Assembly (NCBI GenBank): GCA_000708835.1
Contig: DF237278.1
Location: 37,894 to 101,893, forward strand
Reading direction: 5' to 3'
DNA length: 64,000 nt
Origin: Klebsormidium nitens
Lineage: Eukaryota > Plantae > Klebsormidiophyceae
A program made the translations under genes and the position numbers. This document shows, in pieces, positions 25,594 through 35,800 of this stretch (position 1 is the stretch's first letter; the number at the start of each line of letters is the position of its first letter). Under the pieces are notes generated by a model. That model worked only from the letters and a program-made list of their open reading frames with translations. It was not told where the DNA came from and did no database searches.

Positions 25594-28500
25594 TCACTGG
25601 GCTCCTGCAGTCTTGCCGGGTGTTCTGATTGAGTTAAAGTCCTGGTAAAGCTCCATCCGAACCTTGGTTTCCTTGACCTTCTTCCAGTAAATCGCCGATT
25701 GGTCGATACGCACCTGGCGACAACAACAAATTATGATGTAAGCTTCCAGGGGAGGGAGGTCTGTGGAAAGAAGCGGAAGAGTTTGGTCAAGTCGCCTTCA
25801 AGGAGAGACTTCGTTTTGGTTCAAGGGCCTTCCGCTGGGCATACTGGAAAGCGGAAGCTTTGCACGTTTCCCTCGTGAGGGACCGCGAGATCTCAGTTAG
25901 AAGTCCGTCAATGCCACTCCGGCAGCAGTCAGGTCACAGAAACGGCTGCCCGAAAAGCGATCCAGGAGAGAGCAGCTGCTGAGAAAGAACGCCTATAGAC
26001 TGAGATCTATCTATCATAATGGATCGGGGAACTTGTCTGAGCTGCGAGCTTTGACCAGCGTAAAGCATCGGCCTCGTGTAAACGTTTCAGATATCTCCGG
26101 ATTAGCAAGCTATGGGGCGTCGTCTGTCCCGTCAACCGGGGACAGTTTGTATCTCGCCCACCGCTTTCAAGCGTAGCAAAGAAGCGCGAGGCTTGCTGAG
26201 AGTCGAAATTGGACACTTTGCTGAGAATCCGTACTCAGTCTGAGCAAACGACTTGGAACGCACGAGCGCACTGCCAGGTAGACTCAGAATATTCCTCCGC
26301 ACTAGGCTCTTCGTTCTTGATCCAGATGCCGTTCCGTTTAGCGAGACCCAAAACGAAAGCGTCAGAATGAACTCAACGCGGAAACGCGACAGACGCCTGC
26401 GCCGACACCAAAACGCTCCTTGCATAACCAACCGAAGCGACTCACCAGGTTCTTGACGTCGTCCGTGAAGCCGTGCCACTTGGCGAAATCCCAGACGGCC
26501 TCCTGCGCCTCGGGGATCCCCCAGTCGTCGATCACGACGTACCCCCCCACGGACAGCTTTTCGTACAGGTTGAACAGGATGTCCATCGTGCTTTCGTACA
26601 TGTCGCCGTCCGCACGGATGACCGCGAGCTGCGAGACGGGGGCGGTCGGGAGGCTGTCGCGGAAGAAGCCCTTGTGGAAAAGCACGCGCTCGTTGAGCAT
26701 GTTGTACGATTTGAAATGCTCCTGGACCTGCGGGAGGGGGGGAGAAATTACACAATGAGGAGTGGCGGGGCAAAGGCGGAGAGGAACGGGGGGTCAAAGC
26801 GCTCATAAGTACACAATCGTTGAGCATGTTGTACGACTTGAAATGCTCCTGGACCTGCGCGAGGGGGGGAGGAACACGGGGTGAAATCAAATGGGGGGTG
26901 TACTCGGGGGCAGAGGGAGAGATGGAGAGATGGAGGGGGTGGGGGGAGCGCAGTAATGAAGAACGCGGTCGTTGAGCATGTTCGAGAACCTGAAAAGCTC
27001 TTACAATGGTCAAAAATGGGGGAAAGTATCGTTAAAGAACACGGATCAGAAGGAGAGATGGGAGAAGAGACCGGTATTTGGTCGGCTCCGAAGTGGTGCT
27101 CAAGTTAACAGAGACGGAGAGCAGAGACAAAGGGTCTGCGCCCGACGCGAGTGGATACCTCGACTTGAAAGCTCTCCAATTAGAAGCCCTCTGGAAGTAA
27201 GTCCGACTCCAGGAGTCGTCGTTCTTCACGCTAACGCGAAATGAGAACCGCTGGTACTATAATGATTGGCCTGGTAGTACGCCATTTATCGGGGGGGCAC
27301 ATTTCTGATAGATGGTGCTATTCTGACGCCAAACATGCAAGTGCGTTGATTGGCGTCAGTCTGGTGGGCACCTTTCGGGCCCAATAAAAGTATCAACTTG
27401 TTGAGGGGGTGAATGTTTGATGCATGCATAAATAAGGCAGGCAAAAAGAAGTTTGAATCTAGCCTGCTTTACCTGCTCCTTGGAAAGCCTCAGGAAGTCA
27501 ACCGGACTCCAGGAGTCGTTTACGATGGGAAGACCGCTGATAATAGAAGGGAGGCAGGTAAAGAAAAGAGTGTATCTGGCCGTACCTGCTCCTTGGCAAC
27601 CCGCAGAAAATTCACCCGACTCCAGGAGTCGTTGTCCTTCACGCTCGAAGCTGCGGGAAGGCCTTCGAAGCTGTCGCATACGTGGACCTGGAAAAACGGA
27701 GAGCCGGAAAAGGTCAGGATGAGAGGGACGATTGTTGACACACGTACGTGAGGGACGGAAAGATGGTTGTGATTCGGTATTTCAAGTCTCGAAAAATTGA
27801 TTCAGGCAATTCGTTTCAAAGAGCTTGCGAGTGTTTCAGAAGGAAAGAAGTAAAGGTCGAGATGGTAAATAGACTTGCAAGCACGACTTTGCGCGACAGG
27901 ACCTTGCAGGATTCAAGAAGGCACAAACAACACATTCATTGATATGGTAAAAGCAGGGAAGATATATCCGGAATTTTGTGCGCTTAAGAAGAGAATGGAG
28001 TTGGATGAGCCAATCACAGTCGATCAAAAAGATCGGTACCCTAAAGATTACTTCCTCTGTAAAAGGATGACACCAAGAGCAGCTCTGAATCTCTACTGTA
28101 GTGCATGGTGGTAGTTCAATTAAAATCGGAAGAAGCTTGCATTGGACCGGGAACTGGTCCCCATTTTCCAAGGGATGTAAACCTTAGGGTTTGAGGTCTT
28201 CTCACCAGCCGCTTGCTCTTGTAGACGTCCAAGACAGCGCGAGCAAAGATGCACGAGCCTCCTCTCCAGACTCCGGCCTCCAAGAAATCTCCAGGAATGT
28301 CCTCCTTGAGAACTGCACAAGGCAGGTTCAAAACATGGTCAGTGAATTGCTCGTACATGTTTCAGTAGTCAGTCTGCCGGATGACAAAGGGTTAGTATAA
28401 GGAAAAGCTTAGCATAGTGCATCTAAAACCCTATCTTGTCACCGTCCTCTTAGAGTGGCAGAAAGGAAAGAAAGTAAAGCAGTGCCAGCAGACAAAAGGA

Positions 28501-29892
28501 GAGAAAATGAGCGCAAGAATCTCAGAAAGTTGAGGCTTGGTAATGTCCTTGCAGTTTGCAATATTCACAGTGCTGACCTTACCAGATTCAGCAGCATACA
28601 GAGGCAATGAGAGAAAAGCTAGCACTTCCCCGAAGTAGGGAATTTTGGACAGACCAGATTGGAATGGCTTAGGAGTGAGCCGGCCAGAGAAAGTGGAAAT
28701 TAAAAGCTAAGCAAGCGCAGACCGGGGAGGTATCAAGGCTTCAAGTGGGAGCAAGCAGTGAAAGGAAAAAAAACAGGGTACGTTACAATCAGGGTAACTG
28801 GAAAAAGATGGACCAAGGAGCGGCTGAAACAAATCAGGTTCACCGACTTAGGGTTCCAGGACAAAAAGAAAGGCAAGGAAGTGGTAAAACAAAAGAGTCT
28901 GTATTGCAGCACATTCTGTTCGGAATTGCAGGGGTCGTCGCACCCCAGTCCCAGCCCTTCTGGTCTGACAAAATGTTCTTGGTACTTGTCCACAGAAGGT
29001 ATTCCCCAGTAGAATCGCGTTACAAACTCAGCTCACTAAGCTGCCTTTAGTTGGATCACTTCCAATGTCTTCTTAGTGTTCAAGCATGCCACTACATACT
29101 TAATTGACGGGTCCTTTTGGCACCCATCATAACCGACTTCTAGCGGAGAATAACAAAAGAAAGGAAGATCTCGGAAACAAGTATCGCTGCGCGGTAAGGT
29201 GACGTTCAGTGTGCAAGGAGACAAGAGCTTCTACACAATTTACCAGTTGCCAGCAGCAACTTCTTATGTTCCTTACCCTCAACAAGTTGCGTCCACCAAT
29301 ACCATACTGGAATTAACCCTGATAACAACAAAAGGCAAAGCCCACACAATTCAAAGTGACAACAAGAATTACCTGTCTCTAACAGCAACCTGGTATTGGC
29401 CAGCCTCTTCAACCCCACCATGGTATGGCCCACGTCGGGCCACACAAGGCCCTCGGCAGCTGCCGCCTCGTTAAATGGCACCCTCTCGAGCGGCACGTCG
29501 TCGGTCCCTCCGTAGGCGCCAAACACCGGCCTCCGGTAAACGATGCCCGTCAGTGTTGTGGCCAGCAGTGTCAGGTACCGGTCAATCATGTCCGCGCCAT
29601 CGGTCCCGGCGCCAGCTGGCAGTCCCGACTGCACGCCAGCTGGCAGGGCAGGGTTGGCCTGCAGGAGTTGCAGCACTTGGGAGACCTTTGCGTCGACGCC
29701 CGCGAGCGCTGAGCTGGAGTCTGCGGCGCCGAGGGAACTAGACTGGGCGGGGAGCAGCGGATTGTGACTGCCGGCCTGCGGGACGAGGACGGCGCCCACG
29801 AGTCGGAAGAGGACGATGAGCGTCAGCAGGCAGAAGCAGACGGTCAGGATCTTGGCGAGGCGACTGTTGGAGTCGCCCTTGAGAGACAACAT
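25594..29892 (-). CDS. TylF/MycF/NovP-family (macrocin-type) sugar O-methyltransferase with an N-terminal transmembrane anchor
   Basis: Exons 29892-29373, 28312-28206, 27687-27586, 26727-26446 and 25713-25594, GT-AG and phase-consistent. TM segment [23 protein letters not shown]. TylF motifs: [82 protein letters not shown]. Confidence 0.93.
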
Positions 29893-30706
29893 TGTGTTTC
29901 CGCGATGAGGAGGAACACTGAGCTGAACAGTGGTACGCGGCTCCTTGGCAGCTGGAGTGGGAGCTGGAGGAGGGCGGGGGGCGCGGGTTGCTGCCGAACG
30001 GCGATGTAAGAATCTGAGAGTAATCTTGGCAACGTGACTCTGTGCCAAGGAAGACTTTACTCGCAGATGCTTGAACCTTTGACAGGACTGAAATAGGGCA
30101 AATCTTCGAATGAGTGTGGCTTTCCGAGCCTCAATGTCAGCCGTCCCTGTAAGTCACTGTTAACCACGCTGCTTTGTGGCAGGCCACGCTTGGTGTTCTG
30201 CGCGCAGTTTTTTCAAACTTCGCACGGCGATTTTGTCAGAGCACGTTGGCGCTGTGTGCTCAAAAGCTGGATGTCCATCAAGTCTAGCTAGGTACTACCT
30301 ACTAGATTCAGTGGCCTGATTCCTGACATTCGGCTGGGGGTACGTTGGTGAGGAGTCGAAGTAGCTCGTACAAGTTCCTGAAGTGTTACTGGAGTGCACC
30401 GTGCAGGTGGGGTACGGCGCATCAAGACTTGTGTAATGAAGCAACCGCGCCGTCGGCGGAACATCGTCATGCCGGTCGCCTCTCAATATTCAAGCCATCA
30501 GTATGGAAGAAACCACTTTATTGCCGTCTTCTAAATCCGAAGACGGTAGACAAGAGTCGGTAAAGTCCATCCCCCCCCGGCCGAGGCCCGGGGATAGGTA
30601 TTAGCAGGAGGTACGGAGGCGTCGACTCAGGACTGCATCAAGCTTGTACGGAATTTTAACGAAGTACGGTAGTAAGTACCTCTACCCCTGAGAAACAAAT
30701 TTTATA

Positions 30707-30903
30707 CCGGCAACTCTCGTGTGACCTAACGGGAGTGTGACCTATTAAAGCTACGAGCTACCCGGGCACTTCAAGCTAAAAACCTAACCCGAATAATCAC
30801 CCGCTCCGCACCCCAACCCACCCTAACTACCATACCAACCCCACCCGTCCCCCGGGTGCCTATCTTAGGTCACACGGCTCTGAGGTCACAGGAGAGTTAT
30901 CGG
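30707..30903. mobile_element. MITE-like element, copy 1 (~195 bp, ~40-bp imperfect TIRs)
   Basis: CCGGCAACTCTCGTGTGACCTAACGGGAGTGTGACCTA ... TTAGGTCACACGGCTCTGAGGTCACAGGAGAGTTATCGG, with a non-coding C/A-rich core. Confidence 0.7.
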
Positions 30904-31530
30904 AGTACAAATTTTGAGTAGGGACCGTACCGATGTGGGATACGGTACTTTGATAGGTACTACAAATCGGAGTCGCTACCAACTCGTTTCTATCACGTAC
31001 CGTACTACGTAGGTACCGCTCATATCCACCTACCAGTGAATCGTACATTGGTACACAAATTATGGTACCGTATTACCAAGTACGGTACTCAATGCGCATG
31101 ATCATTCACTTCTCGCGTTTACCATTATTTTGGCCCCGTCATCTTTGACAATGATGACCGGACTCTGGAGCCTGGCTCGTACAAAATAGGGACCACCAAT
31201 TTCTTGACACAGCCGAAGGTCAATAGTGCAGTTTATGCGAGTAGACGGCAGTAGTGTGAGAGTCGAAAGGAAGTACACCCCCCCGGGGCTCGAGTCCGAT
31301 AGGTGTACCGGTGGCCTTCACCGGGCCCAGGCTCCAAAAGACACTTCCCTTTAGGCTTTGGTTCGACGGTGTAGATAGATTTACTCGACAACTTGCCCGG
31401 TCCATCGACGGCTTGCAGTCTTTTTGGAGTCTAAGTCTTCGTACCGACCAACCTGGAGGAGCCGGCGAATCGCGTACCCACTTATTCGGTACCGTTCTAA
31501 TCGGCCTCGCATTTTCCTGTACCTACCATA

Positions 31531-31722
31531 CCGGTAACTCTCGTGTGACCTAACGGGCGTGTGACCTAAGATTCGAATCACCCGGGCACTTCAAACTAAA
31601 ACCCTAAGCCAGGTAATCACCCGCTCCGCACCCCAACCCACCCTAACCACCATACCAACCCCACCCGTCCCCGGGTGCCTTTCTTAGGTCACAGGGCTCT
31701 TGGGTCACACGAGAGTTATCGG
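31531..31722. mobile_element. MITE-like element, copy 2
   Basis: CCGGTAACTCTCGTGTGACCTAACGGGCGTGTGACCTAAGA ... TCTTAGGTCACAGGGCTCTTGGGTCACACGAGAGTTATCGG. The core is nearly identical to copy 1. Confidence 0.7.
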
Positions 31723-32825
31723 AGTGTACCTACCCCATACTCGGAGTAGGTACTCATAAACCCGCCGACCTAACCCCAACCGTCTCGAGGTGGTTACAGT
31801 AGCTTTGCTATCCTCCGGCCGGAAGGTTGGTAAATGATCAAAATTCTTTGAATACCGGTAGGTATGTATGCCCCCCGGGCGGGCGCCGGGGCCCCGGCCG
31901 CGAAAGTTCATGCAATAATCAAGGACCTGCCGACCCCAAACCCCTAGAGAAGTCACCGGGTTTCGTCGAATCCCTTATTTATGTATATTATAGGCCCTAG
32001 GCGTTCCTCGGACGACGGTACAAGTTACCACCGAACAGCCTGCCCTTACCCACCCTTTTACCCCCCAACTAACCCTCCCAAACTGTATTGCGAGTGACCG
32101 TCGTTCAATACGCATCGCTCACCAATCTGGTAATCATTGAACCGCCCGCATGTCAAGCACCCTGGAAAGTTTGCTCCCTGTTCAAACCGAACGGAGAGGC
32201 GCAGCAATGAGCATGCGTTGAGATCTAATGAAGCGCAACAGGTAAGTGGCCCGTTCAAGTTCCTGCATTCAACACTTGCAATGTGGCACTGAATCAGTAA
32301 ATGTTTCTCCCTTTTATAGTTTCAGGAGAAGGGAAAGCATATGTAGGAACTTGGTTCACGAGAGAGGTCCCACGCCCATTGAGGGCTTCAAGGTTTTCAC
32401 AACAAGAGTGAGGTTGGGTCCAGATAATCATATAGGCAAAGCTTAGCAGCGTTCAAATTCGTGTCAGATCGTCCCCGGGGGCACTAGGGCGGCTGCTCCT
32501 CTCTCACACTTCCATTGAAGACCCCAACAAATGTAAGCTTGCATCTGAAGATAAAGGATGTGCAGACCAGAAGCAGGCGCTTTGTAACACCACTTGAACC
32601 CTGAGGCGTATAGGAGCACATTGCACGGGAGCATATCAAAGTTTGAGAAAGGTGGTGCGCCAATTCTTTAGAGGGGCCTAAGACGGACTAATCTTGTCCA
32701 AGCCAGCTTCAGATGTGGCCTCTCTTTGAGGCTACATCTGGCTGCAGACGCGAGAAAAGCAGGGATGTCGGTTTCTCTGGACAAGCACGTTCGATGGAAT
32801 TAGGGTTTCAGGGGTGGAGCCCAAA

Positions 32826-35800
32826 ATGATGACCATCACAATCACATGGCCCACGGCCGTCTGGCCCACCATGCTCCTCCAGGGCTTCACATTCCGCCGG
32901 GGCGGGAACCTGCCCAAGAACAAAACCCCCCGCGGGCGCCTCACGTCCCTTGGGCTCTGCGTGCTGGCCCTTTCATTCTGGATTCTGATTCTTGTGGTCT
33001 TCAACAGCACTTTATCGCCCGCAATGTTTTCCCGCCCATTCGCATCAAAGTCGCTAAACAGCGGGCTGCGCGCGGACACGATAAACACGCTTGCGCCCGA
33101 TAGGAAGTGGACGAGAGAAGCATGTATAAGTCACTGGGCGTCAGGGATCGACCAGCTGGCCTTTGGGAAGCTGGCAACCAAGCGGGTGTTCCTGGGCATG
33201 AATTTGAAGAACAACGAGCTCGGTGAGTTGCCCATGCTCTTGTCACCTGGCTTCTGCTTGCTCATTGGATTGGAACGTGCTCCCCTCTCGAGTGGTGGTA
33301 AGAATGCTGGGGGTGGTGCCGAATGATACGTGGAATATCGGTTTCATGGCAGCTTAGGCAGAGAGTCTGCTCACATTCTGGGGTTCCACAAGTTTCCTTC
33401 CATCGCCTTGTGGCTGACATTGTGTAACAAGCAAGGATTGGACGGATTTCAGCTGCAGATTGGGTGCCCATTGGTGCGCTTGCCATGTTCTATAAAATAC
33501 ACAAGTCAGCGGTCTCGGTACTCTGGGTGCACACTTTGTTTGCTGGTACTTCAAGATGGCTGCTGGCGGAGAGCAGTGCAGTTGTCTACTCTCGGGCCCC
33601 CGCGACTAATATGAGGTATTCGTATTAGAATTAGTAATGAAGAAATGATGCAAGACCGATGCAAGGATCATGGGATCTGAAATTGCCAGCTGGCGCACCG
33701 GGACAGTGCCAGCTGGCGGGATGCGAGGCCACCATTTGTTTTGCGGGAATATTGGGTCTTTTGAGTTTCAGGAGAGCTCGTATATCGATTCCCGGATTCA
33801 CAGCTGAGACCTTTAATGCAAGCAGGTTTTGGAGGGTGTGGCGCAGAGAGTATTCTTCTGAATCCTGTTCCGACCAGGAAACAAACCACTCGAGAAACAG
33901 GCTGTGACTTCTGTTCATCATTGAACAAAGTGGCCTTGTATCTTTGCTACCATCGTTTCCTTTGAAAAACAGAAAACGAGTGAAAGGTTCGACCATTTCC
34001 GGTTGCTCCCTCTTCTCTCCTGCTTTTCTTCACATCTTTTTAGCTGATTGTGAGGGCCTGGTTTGAAGTGTACTCACCTGTTAGGGGCCCATGTTCTGGC
34101 AAAGAAACGGCACCTCAGCCAGTTCACCTTGTGTAAGTCAGGTGGCTGGCTGCGAGTACCATTTCAAGAATCACCAATCCTCCTGAAAGGATCTGCGTTC
34201 CTTCAGCAGTTTCATCTTGCAGAGCCACTTATTCTTGCGGGACTTCTTCGTCCAAATCTCAGCAGAAAAGCTACGAAAGCGAAGGAAGGCAGAAAGCGAT
34301 GGAGACTCCTCAAGGGATGCGCTCAGTCTCTGAGGAAAGAGGGAGATGCCGCCTTTGGGAGTTGGCTAAGCGCAGCACCAAAAAAGGGGAAGTGTTGTCA
34401 AAAATCTTCGAAAGAGTCTAGACAGGAAAGCTCGTCTCGCCTCCCGCTCTCTTGTCTCCAACCACCTTACGGGCAACGGATATTTGTTCCGATCCCATTC
34501 GGTCTCCCAACCTTCCTCTTGTCGCCTTATTCATTACTTGATACCGCTCTCTCTTTGTTTTCAGAGTGCGACCACTTCCTGGGCGAAATCCTTTTACTTG
34601 CCGAGTTTCTCGGGCCCCCTCGGATACACATCTCCATCTACGAGTCGGGCAGTCACGACGCCACCCCCGAAAAGCTGCAGGCTTTCGAGCGGGAACTGAA
34701 CGTGCTCCAAATTCCGAACACGATTATCACAAACGGCCTCACACGGAGACCAGGCCAGACTCGCATCGATTTCCTGGTCAATGCGCGCAACATGGCGCTT
34801 AACCCGCTTCTGAAGCAGGTTAGTCTTGGTACGGACTGCTCAAGATGCGGTCCGTCGCAAGTGGTCCAAAGCGATAAAAAGCAAAAAATGGATTAATATG
34901 TTGGTGGCGTTGAGTGCTTGATGCTAGAGCAGCTTCTTAAGCAGGCAGGAACATCTGGGGAGCGTTTAAGACGGGTTTGCAAAGCAGCTTCCAGATGATA
35001 GGAGACATGAGACCACTCGAGTTCTGTACTGGCCAAGACACGGTGTAATCCGCTCCTGTGAAACGCTAATGGTCCATAGCGCACAGGATCAGAGTTTGAG
35101 ATTCGGTGAAAAGCAATTTGCAGCCGTTGGAACTGGGTCGAATAAAACCTTTCTGTCAGCCGAATCCTCACTGCAAAAGCTACAGTTTCTGACACGCTAA
35201 GCACCAGAGTCTTTCTAAACATTCGCGCAGCTCGTTTGTTGGCACTTGCGCTCGCACTTGCACTGTTGGCACCTTTCTTCAACTTTGCTTTTGCGTCGTC
35301 CATCTCGAGGCAAAATACAAAACCAGGAACCTTGTTTCTGCCCACGCCAGAGTGCACAATAACAGCCCTGACAGCGTTGTTTAGCCACACCATCAGTGCA
35401 TCTCCGACCGCTGAATGGCGCTTACCCGTTCGCTCGCGGATTCCGCAGGTCTGGGAAGGACCCCACGGAAACTTCGAGAACGGAACGTACGCCGCAGGCA
35501 ACGGGTGCTGCGACCCGCTGACGTCAATCGAGGTGTATGCCACGTCAGACAAGATCTACGGCCTGCGGCTCAGCTTTGGGGGGGTGACGAAGGGCCGCAT
35601 GGGGAGCCCCATCGGTGAAAGGTAAGGACTTGCGCCGACATCTGACGCTTACTCATTCTTTCGTTCTTTCTGAGAGTCGTAGCTCGAGTCGTATCGCTTG
35701 TGATCTTCTTCTGCTAATCTAGTCATTTCAAAGGGACCGTTGTGGAGGGCTGGCATAGGACATAGGGGCATAAGGGCGGGACTGTTTGGTTTTACGTATA

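Noticed and set aside
26132-27013. 293-aa minus-strand ORF
   Set aside because: Off-frame read-through of TylF exon 4, its echoes and intron sequence. The real protein is in another frame.
30770-30840. Interstitial telomere tract
   Set aside because: Only scattered CCCTAA-like words inside the MITE core, with no tandem telomeric array.
34063-34896. 277-aa ORF as a standalone gene
   Set aside because: Only 34565-34818 is exon (AG/GT-bounded, GT69 motifs). The rest is intron read-through.
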